From positions 10,044,001 through 10,108,000 of the forward strand of contig NC_043000.1 in assembly GCF_006345805.1 (NCBI RefSeq): 64,000 nt of DNA. Direction: 5' to 3'. Numbering within the stretch: position 1 is the stretch's first letter; every line of letters starts with the position of its first letter. This document shows positions 24,350-38,599 of this stretch, one piece after another. The stretch is from Octopus sinensis (Eukaryota). The notes beneath the pieces are model-generated. The model was not told where the DNA came from, ran no database searches, and worked only from the letters and a program-made list of their open reading frames with translations. The position numbers and the translations under genes were made by a program.

Positions 24350-25146
24350 GCGAAGCCATTTTCTTATGATTGAGAGAATGTATGAAATAATATTTCCATA
24401 AATGCATCTTTTACTCATTTTGGGTGTCCAAGTAGCTATATATATATATACACGCCGAGCTACTTTCGATTTCTGTCTACCAAATGCCTCACAAGACCTT
24501 GCTCGACCAAGGACTTTAGTAGAAAGTGCCACCCAGTGGGACTGAACCCATAACCACATAGATGGGAAACAAGCTTCTTAACCACACAGCCATGCCTGAA
24601 CCTTCTTCTTTACTACTTTTCAATAAATAATTACCTAATTTTTAACAGGAAACTCCCAAGGTTTCCGACTCGGTATCTTTTACTTGATTGCGATAATTTT
24701 AAATTCTATAAATTAACAGTAAATAGGAAGCCTGTTTCACACAGGAAATTTTTAGCAGAATCCAAAGACATTGTCATCCCCTACCGCATGGCCTCGTTTC
24801 TAAAAACGTGAAGTAACCTTGAACCCATATTTCATTATTCTGAAAACTCCAATTAGCATTACACCCTACTTCTTCGCTTGAGTATGACCAATCTGTTTGA
24901 ATGACCCAGCTGTTTAAACAATCCTATTGAACAATTTTGTTATGGTATTAATTTCTTTGTTTCTATTTTCAAATATTTTGAGATATATTAACTGTTTGAT
25001 CGATATCAGTTGCTAAATTCACACTGCTTTCCTTTCTGTTTCAACTGCGAAGTTAGCAGTTTGTACTTCCTTCTTAGATTGTTCTATTAACAAATGAGTA
25101 TTAGTTAATCTTGTTTCATGTAAAACAGCTAATTAATTACAGGTTA

Positions 25147-25195
25147 AATTATGCTGAAGATTTCAAAAAAGGGTGAAATAGCACTATACATGATT
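25147..25195 (+). ncRNA. Probable aged type I hammerhead motif with weak stem II
   Basis: AAUUAUG-CUGAAGA-UUUCAAAAAAGGGU-GAAA-UA(GCAC)UA-UA-CAUGAUU. 7-bp stem I. Confidence 0.45.
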
Positions 25196-26439
25196 ATAAT
25201 AAATTTCGGGATATTTAAATATGTGAACTTTATGCATCTTCTTCCTCGTATTCCTCGTGTTGTGAGGAGATAGTTACCTCCTTTGTATTAACGGCCATAA
25301 TCTGAGGACGTGACATGTAATTCTAAGGTAACTTTCTTTCATAGAATACATAAAATGAGTTTCCCATTTTAAATTTAAATTTAACTAAATAACGAGAATT
25401 TTTAATACTGTTTGTGGCGATAATTCATTAGATACTCGTATACCTCTTCGCATTAATAATTGATAAGCTCTCGCCTTCGAAAGCGAATTAGACGTGTTAA
25501 CCATAAGGGGAATACTTGTACGATCTATAAAGTGTGCCACTTTGTCTTTCATTTCCTAGAAGCACTTGAGCCTGCGCCCTTTGCTTAACCAGCGAAACTT
25601 AGAATGGTTCAACAAGTCACCACATTTCGCTTAAAGGAAGTTCGACATTTCTTGGTATTCTCTGTTGCTCAATAACTTATTTATGTAGTTAATACAATTT
25701 ATCATCTTTTTCATCCCCTTATTTAAGTACATAAACGTTGATGATGAATATTAAAGTATTACGGCATTTATTTAAACATCCGAGTGAAATCGGAATGCTA
25801 TGGCAGACACTATTAAAATCCTGTTGACTGTTATTCGATTTTTTTTTGGTTGAAGTAACAGCTGTTTTTTTTGAGATCTTAACATAGATGGCGCTCAGTT
25901 CGTAACTACGCCTCTCAGATTTTCGCAGACTAAATTTGTTCATTCAACCTCATAAAACAGATCTTCACTTGGTTTGTCCCATGTATCTGTTTGAAAGAAT
26001 TATTTTTCCTATCGTAAAATTTGCCGTTATCCCACGTACAAATATATCGCTTTTACTATATATGCTGTCTTGTCTGCAGCTATCGAATAACGCACAAATG
26101 TCAGTGATGCTTCTTTCAAAGATACCGTTGGATACCGTTAAATATATCTTCTATGCTGTGATAAAATGCCCTCCACGATAAACTAATATTGATTTCTTAC
26201 ATTTTTCAATATATTGATTTCTTACATGAGATAAACTAATATTCTCGAACAGACTTACTTTTATACGGTTAAAATTCATGCCACTGTAACAATACATACT
26301 TCAGAAAATTCTCATTCTATACATTGTTTAATTTTCCTTGTAATTAGCTTTAACGCTGCATAACTTGACGGTATTATCGAAATATTTTAACTGAGTAGGC
26401 ACGTCGGTGAGGTTTAAATGTTAGCGTTGCAACAACACT

Positions 26440-26754
26440 GTTGTTGTTTTTTGTTTGTTCCTTCTCGAGCCAAGCCTGGCTCATAAGGGCCGGTTTCCCG
26501 GTTTCTTGGCGTATAGGTTCCTCACCTGGACGGGACGCCGGGCCATCGCAGGTGAGCTGCAAGATGCAGAAAGAAAGAGTGAGAGAAAGTTGTGGCGGAA
26601 GAGTCAGCAGAAGTTTTGCCATTACCTTCTGCCGGAGCCGCGTGGAGCTTAGGTGTTTCGCTCATAAACACACACACACCGCGATCCCTCGATCGAACTC
26701 GCGATCCCTCGACCGCGAGTCCGCTGCTCTAACCAGTAGGCCATGTGCCTCCAC
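26440..26754 (-). mobile_element. SINE family C
   Basis: Reverse complement of 6261-6573. Confidence 0.8.
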
Positions 26755-27100
26755 TAACAACACTGTTTCGCATTCAATTCTATTGCAAGGATCCTTGGGT
26801 AAGTGCTTTCTACTATAGATCCAAATCTACAAATGGACTAATGGAGATTCCACACAGTTTCCGTTTATCGATTTCAATCAAGTCATTAATTGGCTTCGAG
26901 TTATAGTAAAAAGCTCTTAATCAATAAGGCGCGTAATGATTCCGAACACGAAACCAAGCAGCTGCAAATCGACCCCAGCATTTACTCTTTGTAAGCCTAC
27001 TAGTACTTATTCTATCGGTCTCTTTTGCCGAACCAAACACACCAGCATCAGTTGTCAAGCGATGTTGGGGGGAACAAACACAGACACAGACACACACACA

Positions 27101-27158
<58 letters not shown>

Positions 27159-27614
27159 CCCTGAGAACAAACTGCAGATTTTTTTCTGTAGTAGTTTACT
27201 TGAAGACACACGCGGACGGGCGGTGGAAGCTAAGCGAACCTCATTCATATTTTGAATTCGGCGGTGCTAACATTGAACATGATCGGTCTAATACCGTTAG
27301 GTGGAAAGATTTGTTCAACTATTCTAGTACCTTCGAATTATCGTGGAAAGCCATGCTGATGAAGAATATGGTTAGTAAAGTATAATTTTATATTCTTTAT
27401 GCAAAACCTAATTCAGAAACGCGCGTCCATGGACGACCAGATATTGATTGATTTTCGTTGCTTTACTTACTCTCTGCTTGTGTGAATAATCTTCAAGTAT
27501 TTTGGTTTCTCTGGGAGACTCTTTTTAAAGTAGAAGAAATAGCTAAGATTTTTGGCTGCTATTTCTAAACTTCGGTGTGTGGTGAAGCAAATCTTTGCTG
27601 AACCCTTTTATTAG

Positions 27615-27681
<67 letters not shown>

Positions 27682-28120
27682 GGCTTCCACACAGTTTCCG
27701 TCCACCAGTTTCGCGCTGTGTTTATGTGTGCGTGTGTGTAGCCTTTGTGTTTGTTTGTTTGTCCCCTCACTGACTGATATCCGGTGTTGGTTCATATACG
27801 TTCCACTGCTAAAAATTAAGTACTTTGTTCGCTTACTTCTACCTTGAACATAGACTGTTTACCCAAAGAATGTTTGAAAGTGTAAACTAAGTCTAAACTT
27901 AACGCCTCGTTAGTTTGCCGCATTCATCGTTCTTGGTGAAAAAGTGGTGTTCAAAACTGTGCTTTATATAAACTATAGAATCGATTCCTCCCAAGCATAT
28001 TTTCCATTTACTTCTGTGAAAGAAAAAAATCTCACTCGTAAGCAAGATTTTTTTCTTTTCTAAGTACAAGCCATTGCAGAAGTTATTTTAATGTACTTTA
28101 GAGTATCAATGTAGTACATT

Positions 28121-28155
<35 letters not shown>

Positions 28156-28239
28156 ACACACACACATCTATAGGTACACGTATATATGCATATATATATA
28201 TACATACATACGTACATACATACATACATACATATATAC

Positions 28240-28272
<33 letters not shown>

Positions 28273-28380
28273 CATATATACACATACACACACACATATA
28301 CATACATACATACATACATACATACATACATACATACATACTACATACATACACACATACACACACACACATACACACAC

Positions 28381-28483
<103 letters not shown>

Positions 28484-29125
28484 GAAATGTAATTGCTGCC
28501 TAACATTCAAAATTAATGCACTTTTTTTGTAATGATATAACCGACAAGCTAGAATAAGAATACCAACTTAAATTCACTCTTTTTAACCCTCATGTCCAGT
28601 GATGATACATCATAAGAGAGAATAACTGAGTGCAAGTCGCCTTTTATTTATCAAATTTATTTATTTGTGCGGGGTGAACAAATGCTAAATGCCAAATGGC
28701 TATGACTATTACGTCATTAATTCATACGCATTGCAACTCAAGAATTTCAGATAATATAAAATTCCTTATATGCATATTTATTTATTTATCTCTATTACTC
28801 TTTTACTTGTTTCAGTCATTTGACTGCGGCCATGCTGGAGCACCGCCTTTATCTATTTATTTATTTTTGCTTCATGGCGCCATCGTATTTGATTGCATAT
28901 AAAACGCACTTTTTATCAAAACAATGTCTCAAAAAAAAAAAAAATCACTGCGGGTCTTATATGTGAAGTGGAGGCTCCATTACATGCTTTGATACACTGA
29001 AACATTTTCTTTCGTGAACATGCGCTGCTGAGATTGGGATGCGTTTAATACGCCCATGTGTCTTTTATGCTATCAAATACGGTAATTTTTTCGACTATAG
29101 ATACAAGGCATGAAATAACGTGGTA

Positions 29126-29350
29126 GTCCGGAAAAATAGGTCGAATGCTGCTGTCGATTAGCTCCGAGAGGCGATTGCCTCTAGCTAGCTATATGACGCA
29201 CAAATCTGCGTCCATAGCACTTTCGAACAGGGGAGTTCATCAACTTCCCCTTGCTGGCTTGGCATCCACAGACCGGTTTCTGGGTGTTTGCCCCTTATAA
29301 ATGTGGAGTAGCCGAGTCCAGCAGGTGTCGCTGTTAACTGTCTGTTCGAA
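29126..29350. mobile_element. Long-TIR fold-back (MITE-like) family, partial copy
   Basis: 29126-29220 is the reverse complement of 46727-46830, while 29221-29349 matches 46556-46726 directly. Confidence 0.6.
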
Positions 29351-29854
29351 GGCTTTATTTATATATATATTCAGTGAAGCACATTCACTGATTTTCAAAA
29401 ATAGAAATATTATAATTTCTACATATATGATGAAAGAAAAAAAAAATAACAGATGGGTTGTGGTTCACTCACTACAACTGTTTCTGACAAGATTTTTTTT
29501 TATAGATGAATAGAATTATTACATCATGCGAAAAAAAAACCGCTTTCATCTGGTGAATACATGTACGAATTAAACACTGACTGAATTTTGTCGGTGAGTC
29601 ATGAAATAGCACTTACTGTGAATTTAAGATGTTTTGAAATGTTTAAATCGTACATGCATGGTTTAATAATAATAATAAAACTCCTCTGAAACAGCTGTAG
29701 TGGGTGAACCACTGTCCATCTGCTGTCATTTTTTAAAAATTATTAACCTGACTCGAAACCTGAAATTAGCGTGTATATGGAGTCTATTGGGTGCCGTACA
29801 ACTGATGCAATGTTTGTACCCATGTGCAGCTTTGAGACTCATGGTATATTCAGT

Positions 29855-30340
29855 CGGCGAGCTGGCAGAAACGTTAGCGTGCCGGGCGAAATGCTTAGCG
29901 GTATTTCGTCTGCGTTACGTTGTGAGTTCAAATTCCGCCGAGGTCGACTTTGCCTTTCATCCTTTCGGAGTCGATAAATTAAGTACCAGTTACGAACTGG
30001 GGTCGATGTAATCGACTTAATACCTATGTCTGTCCTTGTTTGTTCCCTCTATGTTTAGCCCCTTGTGGGTAATAAAGAAACTGTTAATATATATATTTTT
30101 TAAAATAAGGCGGCGAGCTAGCAGAATCGTTAGCACGTCGAGCGAAATGCTTAGCGGTATTTCGGCTGCCGTTACGTTGTGAGTTCAAATTCCGCCGAGG
30201 TCGACTTTGCCTTTCATCCTTTCGTGGTCGATAAATTAAGTACCAGTTAAGCACTGGGGTCGATATAATCGACTTAATACCTATGTCTGTCCATGTTTGT
30301 CCCCTCTATGTTTAGCCCCTTGTGGGTAATAAAGAAATAG
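29855..30340 (+). mobile_element. Two adjacent full-length SINE family B monomers (~29855-30085, ~30108-30340)
   Basis: Each has its own ggcgagct(g/a)gcagaa head. Confidence 0.85.
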
Positions 30341-30529
30341 GCATATTCAGTCGGCCGTTTGTGACTGTACTGGCAACTGGAATATAAATCCGTGTTTAAT
30401 TTAGTAAGTGTGTATTTGTTCCTCAATATTTGTTTTGTACGCTATTGTAATTTCATTTACCCGGCCTTGGTGTTTTACTGTTTAAAGACTTGATTCATCT
30501 GAATTTTGAACACGATACTGGAGCACCGC

Positions 30530-31252
30530 TTTAATATGCGTTAAAATGGAAAAAAATGATGTTAAATTATTTTTAAAATCGTAGACTCATCGTAGACGCA
30601 CGTTAATACCCAGACGGGATCGATATGAATCACGACTATAAGATATCCGGTTTTGATTAAACTGCACCGCAAAATGTGGGAGTAGTTAGGAATCTAAATC
30701 ATAGGAGACAGACACTCACACAACTACAGTTTTATATATATAGACTAGCAGTATCGCCCGGCGTTGCTCGGGTTTGTAAGGGAGATAACTATATAAGCAT
30801 TTTTAGAGAGTTACTTCCCTTATAGATGCCAATTCGGGCTTTCTTAGCCATTTCTGTTTTGGTGTCTTCAAGCCATGAAGTCGTTGTTCTAAAAGAACGC
30901 TGGTCTCCTCGACAACGCTTTACGACGTTGATTTCCTTACACTCCCTTCCCCACAGCTTCACGAGGGAGGGAAGAAGGGGGAGAAGCAACACAGGTGTGA
31001 CCATGGACGCCAACTCCGCCGCCATCGACACATGAAAAAATATGCATTAAAATGGAATAAAAAATGATGTTAAATTATTTTTTAAATCGTAGACTCATCG
31101 TAGACGCGCGCTAATAGCCAGACGGGCTCGATATGAATTACGACTATAACATACCTGAATTTGGTTAAACTGCACCGCAAAATGTGGGAGTAGTTAGGAA
31201 TCTAAATCGAAGGGGACAGACACTCACACAACTACAGTTTTATATATATAGA
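30530..31252 (-). mobile_element. Non-autonomous Helitron (31252-30745) followed directly by a truncated second copy (30744-~30530)
   Basis: Minus strand has 5' TC-tatatatataaaactg and 3' cccgagcaacgccggg hairpin then CTAG. 31045-31252 is repeated at 30535-30744. Confidence 0.75.
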
Positions 31253-31379
31253 TATGTTGAAGCAACATTACAATAAACATTGTGGGCAACTATGAAACGA
31301 AAACACAGTGCAAAATTTCTTAAGTAACTAATAATCTTTTCTACTCTAGGCACAAGGCCCAAAAGTTTTGGGGAGGGAC

Positions 31380-31900
31380 CAGTCGATTATATCGACCACA
31401 GTACGTAACTGGTACTTAATTTAAAGAATGAAAAGTAAAGGCGGAATTTGAACTCAGAACGTAAGACAGATGAAATACCTATTTCTTTACTACCCACAAG
31501 GGGCTAAACACAGAGAGGACAAACAAGGACAGACAAACGGATAAAGTCGATTACATCGACCCCAGTTCGTAACTGGTACTTATTTAATCGACCTCGCCCG
31601 AAAGGATGAAAGGCAAAGTCTACCTCGGCGGAATTTGAACTCAGAACGTAACGGCAGACGAAATACCTATTTCTTTACTACCCACAAGGGGCTAAGCACA
31701 GAGAGGACAAACAAGGACAGACAAACGGATTAAGTCGATTATATCGAGCCCAGTGCGTAACTGGTGCTTAATTTATTGACCCCGAAAGTATGAAAGGCAA
31801 AATTGAGCTCGGCGGAATTTGAACGCAGAACGTAAAGACAGACGAAATACCGCTAAGCATTTTGCCGGGCGTGCTAACGATTCTGCCAGCTGGCCGCCTT
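31380..31900 (-). mobile_element. SINE family B trimer
   Basis: Junction gaaatac|ctatttcttt at ~31478 and ~31666. Confidence 0.8.
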
Positions 31901-32327
31901 CTTAATTAACCGATAATGATAACGAAAACCAATCAATAATTGTAATAGCTGTTGTCAGGTCAACCACATCATTAGTATGTATTTCAACTGTAATAACTGA
32001 GTTAATCAATCGATTAAAGCAGCCATTTATCTCCCAATGCAGGATAATGGCATTCACCTTATCTCTCCATAATCTCGGCTTTTTAAACACCTGATTCCTA
32101 ATTTTTTGCAATATCTCAAGTTTTTGTTTTTTCTGATACATGGTTAGAGCATATAAGAAGTTGGAAACTAGTAGCCTTTCGAGTGTAGCCCATCAGCCCT
32201 CTCTGTAACCCAGAAGGTGTTGTTGGCTAAGATTGTATTTCGGCAGACTATTTTGCTATTCACATTGCCGATATCACATTTATATGTATATATATATATA
32301 TATATATACACACACATACACGCACAC

Positions 32328-32370
<43 letters not shown>

Positions 32371-32427
32371 TATATATGTATATATATATGTATGCATATG
32401 TATACACGCACACTCATATATATACAT

Positions 32428-32492
<65 letters not shown>

Positions 32493-32493
<1 letters not shown>

Positions 32494-33378
32494 TGGGTCA
32501 TCCTATAAATAATGCGGTTTTTTAATACTTATTTTATTTTACAAATTTAAAATAAACAAAGTTCTTTTTAAATCTAAAATATACTCTTCTTCATTTTCTA
32601 CAATACTCTTCCATCTATCTGGTAGACTTGCAAGGCCTCTCTTTCAAAATCCACTTGTCCATGACGAAAAGAACTCCTCCAGCACTGTTCTGACCTCGTC
32701 TGCAGGACTCGTATTTTTTTCCGTCTAAATGATTTTGAAGATTACGGAATAAATAATAATCGGATGAGGTAATGTCCGGCGAATATGGTGAGTGGGGCAT
32801 CGTTTCCCATTCAAGGCCGTACGTTATCCTGATGAAAGAACACCTTTCGTTTTGAAACCAAAGATGGTCGTTTTTCTTTTAGCGCTGACTTGAATGACTG
32901 GTTGAATGACCAAATCCAAGCTTCTCTGCTAGTTTCTCAACTGTTACGATGGGATTTTGTTTCACCAGAGTTTGCAGAACGTCCACGTCGAGCTCTAACA
33001 GATCTTCCGGGACAAGGTTCGTCTTCTAGGCTGTAGTTTCCAGCTCGGAATTTCTGAAACCACCGTTCACACTGGCTTACGCTTATTGTCCAATCCCCAT
33101 ATACCGTATTAATATTCCTCACGCTTTACGATGCGTTGTTGCCTTTATTGAACTCATAAAGCAAAATATGCCAAATATGCTCCTTTGTTACTTCCATTAC
33201 AGTTTTGAAAAAATAACTGTTAAAATCGAACTGCACTCTTCAAAACTCGCACTAAGAATAAGGGCAAGGCAAAATTACTACCTACTTTTATAGCAAGTTG
33301 GTGCAGGTAGTATATCTTGTACCCCTCCGACTTTCAGTTCATAGAACTGAAGAAACCGCATTATTTATGGGATGACCT
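32493..33378 (-). mobile_element. Internally deleted mariner transposon
   Basis: TIRs ttgggtcatcctataaataatgcggttt / aaaccgcattatttatgggatgacct with TA flanks. Peptides WFQKFRAGNYSLEDEPCPGR and HSPYSPDITSSDYYLF (YSPDLAP motif). Confidence 0.88.
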
Positions 33379-33386
33379 TATATATA

Positions 33387-34247
33387 CGAGGTCTGATCAA
33401 TAAGTATCAGGAATGTTGCCTTAGTGACGAAGCTAAAGCATGCAGAGTGAAACCGCTTGGCACAGTTTGACCATTTCAGACTCTACAGTGCATTCTGACT
33501 TCCGCTGTTTGGAAGGAAGATGTATAGCGTGTGATCGTCGCATTGACTATGATTGAGAAAGTTGTCATGACCATACCTACTCAGAGACATATTGAAAGTT
33601 GCAGAAAATATATGGAGAGGAGTGTATAAATCACACACAAGTGTAAGAGTGGGACAGAGATTTCCAAGATGGCCGAAAAATGTCGCTATTGACGAACATT
33701 CTGGGAAACCGGCAACCAGCAGAACAGAGAAACACATCGCAGATGTGCGTGCAGCTGTGAGGGCAAATCGTCGAATCACCATCCGTGAATTATCCGTGGA
33801 TGTACAGATTAGTTACGGTTCAGTTGAGTCGATTATCACTGAAGACTTTAGTATGAGACGCGTGTCTGCCAAGTTTGTGCCAAAACCGCTTTCAACTGAC
33901 CAAAAAGACACTGGGGTTTCAGTTGCACAAGATCTCTTTGATTATGTCAAGAACGATTAAAACCTTTTGAAAACTTTGTGTAGGCCTCTGAGTTGGTATC
34001 ACCAACTTTTTGGCAAAATTTGATGCAGATTTTATCCTCCACTTGCTCGGTTATGGTCAATGCGACGATCACACGTTACACACCTTCCTTCCAAACACTG
34101 CTGTAAATAGCAGAAATGAGCTAGAACGTTAAAACTTAGTGTGCAGCACAGCAGAGTTCATGGTCAATCTGTGCCAAGCGGCTTTACTCTACGAGCTTTA
34201 GCTTCGTTACTGCAGCAACAGTCCGGATACTTGTTGATCAGACCACG
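33387..34247 (+). mobile_element. Second deleted mariner of a different family
   Basis: TIRs cgaggtctgatcaataagtatc / gatacttgttgatcagaccacg with TA flanks. Peptide DEHSGKPATSRT...NRRITIRELS...RRVSAKFVPKPLS. Confidence 0.88.
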
Positions 34248-34943
34248 TATATACCGGACTCATCGTAAACCAGTTACATTTGGTTGTTTTCGATACGTTT
34301 GTAGTAACGTTGGTTATCTCCATTGTGTTTTACTTTCTACTTCTTTCTGCCTTCTTCCATTTGAACGTCCCATGTTCAAACGTTACCTGATTTGAACGTT
34401 TCTGACAAAGATCTTGTTCTCAACTTTAAAAATGACGAAATAAATGTTTCGCCCACGAAATCCTAGGTAATTTTACTTCACAAGACTTGTGGTTTTCCTT
34501 ATCATAGTGTATGTATGTATGTATGTATGTATGTATGTATGTATGTATGTATGTATGTATGTATGTATGTACGTACGTACGTACGTACGTATGTATGTAT
34601 GTATGTATGTATGTATGTATGTATGTATATATGTATGTATGTATGTATGCATGCATGCATGCATGTATGTATGTATGTATGTAGTATGTATGTATGTATG
34701 TATGTATGTATGTATGTATGTATGACTGTCGCTGTGTCCGTGTGTGTGTGTTTTCGAATTTCTCTGAAAAATGTCTAATGGGAAATTCCTTGCATATCTA
34801 ACTTTGTAATTTGTATTAGCAAATGAAACACATGTAGCGAAAATAAAACTCAAAAAAAATTCCAGTTTTCTGTTTATATATATATGTATGTATGTATGTA
34901 TGTTATGTATGTATGTATGTATGTATGTATGTATGTATGTATG

Positions 34944-34986
<43 letters not shown>

Positions 34987-35539
34987 AAATGTGTGTTCAT
35001 ATAAATATAATTTTATGTATGTATATACAGAAACTCGGAGAACTACTGAGGAGCGTAGGCAGATATAAGACTACTGATATAGGCGAAGTATTTATATATC
35101 ATTTATATACACACGATTACGCACCGAGATCAAGCAAGTGATTTACAGAATACGAGCGTTTATTCTAATGTATGTTCTTTGATTTATTTCCCAAGTGTCA
35201 TTCAGGTGAAGTTATTTTTGAAATAATTGCGCTGAAATTTGATTTTTGAGCCCTTTGCTCTTTACCATTATAACATTATATCAACAAAATAATCATCCCC
35301 ATCACAAATATATATATCTTTTGCGTGTACGTGTTTGTGTATGTACGTACGTATGTATGTATGTTATGTATGTATGTATGTATGTATGTATGTATGTATG
35401 TATGTATGTATGTCATAATTCAGCTCTCAAGATTTCTTGCCAATATAGAAAGAACCCGTTTCTAACCTAGGTCCAAGGCACCTGCATTGGAAACCCTGCA
35501 ACATCAACACGTTGTTTTTGTATGTTTCACAACCATATA

Positions 35540-36030
35540 AACCATATGGTTGCGAAACATGGCCGATGAGAGTAGTCGATCAGCGAAGGTTGGAGGTGTT
35601 CGACAATGACTGTCTCCGCCGCATTCTTCGCTGCCGACGCATTGATCGGGTTCCTTCAGCCGGTCTTCGTCATCTCCTGAATCTCCGGCCCCTCTCTTCG
35701 GTGCTTCTACAACGGCGCTTAAGGTGGTTCGGTCAAGCGGCCCGGTGTCCAGAGGGTGAGCTGATTCGCGATGTCCTCCTCCCACCTTCACTTCCCAACT
35801 GGCGCAAACGCACGGGCGGGCAGCTGAAGACCTGGGCAACGACGATAAAGGAGGACCTCTCCGAACTCTCAGATCCGCAGGTGGAATCGCGAATGGCTCG
35901 CTATCTCCAGTGACCTCGCACAGGACCGTCGAGCGAGAGCCGCCATGGTTTGTGATGTCGTCAGGACCATAGAAGAAGCCGGCTCAAACCGCCCTGGGTG
36001 AATGCCGTCACATGTACAAGAACAAAGTAA
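35540..36030 (+). mobile_element. 5'-truncated RTE-clade LINE 3' end
   Basis: YGCETWPMR...LEVFDNDCLRRILR...RRLRWFGQAAR...GGQLKTWATTIKEDL. Confidence 0.85.
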
Positions 36031-36777
36031 GTTGTTTTTATATGTATGTATGTATGTATGTATTAATGTATGTATGTATGTATGTATGTATGTATGTATG
36101 TATGTATGTATGTATGTATGTATGTGTGCGTGCTTGCGTGGGTGCGTTCGTGTGTGTGTGTGTGTACGTGCATTCTTGCGCACATGTATGCGTACGTTTG
36201 GGTGCAAGCATGAATGCCATTATAAATGTGAACCTTATATCACGCAAAAGTTGTGAGTTTTATATATTTTGATAGTGTCTGTAATCACTTGTAGCTTAAA
36301 TCTCTTGATTAGGTGTATTCTGGTTTTGTGAACTTCAGTGTCTGGTTGTAGAAGATGCTCGTTCAGGAACTTCTTTAGAGAAAAGTCTACGGAAGAGTCG
36401 CACCCATACTTCTAAGCTAACAACCAATGTACACTAGCCGGCTGTTTCATCTGAAAAACAGGTATGTGTTAGCGAACTTACGTTTTCTATCTGACTGGGA
36501 GCGCTAAAACAAATGATTGTTACATTAGCAGTACGATGCAACACATCTAAATAAGAGAATATCTATTCGCTTCATATGTTAAAAATCCTCCAGTTAAGCA
36601 AGGGCAGGTCGTAGATTTACTATGAGAGCCGTCGGCGAAAGTTTGCGAACTTGCTGACCAAACAACACAAATCAGGCATCAATATCCGGTAAGGAATTAA
36701 CGAAGTCTATTGGATAATCTATAACACCTTGTATCAACCCACAACCAAAGCAAAATTTAAACCCTCTTTACTCATTT

Positions 36778-37185
36778 ACTCTTTTACTTGTTTCAGTCAT
36801 TTGACTATGGCTATGCTGGAGAACCGCTTTTAATCGAGCAAATCGACACCAGGACTTATTATTTGTAAGCCTAGTACATATTCTATCGGTCTCTTTTGCC
36901 GAACAGCTAAGTCACGGGGACGTAAACACATCAGCATAGGTTGTCAAGCGATGTTGGAGGGGCAAACACCGACACACAAACATATACACACACATACATA
37001 TGTATATATACATATGTACGACGGGCTTCTTTCAGTTTCCGTCTACCAAATCCACTCACAAAGCTTTGGTCGGCTCGAGGCTACAGTAGAAGACACTTGC
37101 CCAAGGTGCCACGCAGTGGGACTGAACTCGGAACCATGTTGTTGGTAAGCAAGCTACTTACCGCACAGCCATTTCTATGCCTATA
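36778..37185 (-). mobile_element. SINE family A, left member of a head-to-head pair
   Basis: Full-length match, followed by ~33-bp tandem copies of its own head at 37150-37280. Confidence 0.85.
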
Positions 37186-37356
37186 GCTACTTACCACACA
37201 GCCACTCTTATGCCTATAGCTACTTGCCACTCAGCCACTCCTACGCATATAGCTACTTACCACACAACCACTCCTATGACGTTTACTCTTCATACACAAA
37301 TAATTTTTATCGTATCTATTGGTAACAGGAGTGGCTATTGGTATCTATTGGTAACA

Positions 37357-37780
37357 GGCGCAGGAGTGGCTGTGTGGTAAGTAGCTTGCTAACCAACCAC
37401 ATGGTTCCGGGTTCAGTCCCACTGCGTGGCATCTTGGGCAAGTGTCTTCTGCTACAGCCTCGGGCCGACCAAAGCCTTGTGAGTGGATTTGGTAGACGGA
37501 AATTGAAAGAAGCCTGTCGTATATATGTATATATGTATATGTGTGTGTGTATATGTGTTTGTGTGTCGGTGTTTGTCCCCTAGCATTGCTTGACAACCGA
37601 TGCTGGTGTGTTTACGTCCCCGTCACTTAGCGGTTCGGCAAAAGAGTCCGATAGAATAAGTACTGGGCTTACAAAGAATAAGTCCCGGGGGATCGATTTG
37701 CTCGACTAAAGGCGGTGCTCCAGCATGGCCGCAGTCAAATGACTGAAACAAGTAAAAGAGTGAAAGAGTAAAAAGAGAGA
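37357..37780 (+). mobile_element. SINE family A, right member of the head-to-head pair
   Basis: Starts aggcgcaggagtggctgtgtggtaag. Confidence 0.85.
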
Positions 37781-38313
37781 GTAACAGATTTCTCGCAAAA
37801 AGAATTCTGAGATATACTCTGGGCAACACAACACAAACTACGACTTTCATTAAATCATGGACTACGACTCTTATTAACTTATAGACTACGACTTTTAAAG
37901 ACTCAGTAGTGCTGCTGTCGTCCTGTTTGCTTGTAGAGCTGTAGTGGTATATCTATAAAAATGCATGTATATAGATATCTAAAGAGATATATATATATGT
38001 ATGTGTGTATATATAATGTCTTGGAGAACGAGTTATTAATTTATTTAGCGGTTAATTGTAAGCCGTCCGACCATTCAGTTTTATTAAATTTACAAAACAA
38101 AAGAGTTTGAAACAAAAATGGCTAAACGCGAAAACCATTCGCGAAAAGCATTGGACATTACTTAAAACCCACCAAATACCCGATTAAGGAAGCAGAAATT
38201 GTACTTTTATAAATATCCAAATTTTTTTTCTCAAACCGCATTACCTTGGTATTCTCTGTCACCGTTTTTCTTTATTTATTTCAAACATTCCATACAAACA
38301 ACATATATATTTT

Positions 38314-38545
38314 GTGGCTTAGTGGTTAGGGTGTCAGCATCATGATCGTAAGATTGGGGTTCCGATTCCTGGACCGGGCGACGCGTTGTGTTCTTGAGCA
38401 AAACACTTCATTTTCACGTTGCTCCAGTCCACTCAGCTGGCACAAATGAGTAACGTTGCGATGGACTGGCGCCCAATCCAGCTTGGGAATACATACGCCA
38501 TGGAAACCGGGAAACCGGGCCCATGAGCCTGGCCAGGCTTTAAAA
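38314..38545 (+). mobile_element. tRNA-derived SINE sharing the family C tail with a different, CORE-like middle
   Basis: gtggcttagtggttagg, ttgagcaaaacacttc, gatggactggcg, ggaaaccgggaaaccgggcccatgagcc. Confidence 0.65.
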
Positions 38546-38599
38546 GGGCACATTTATTGTTTATATTTATATATTTTATATTGTAGATTTCATATTTTC

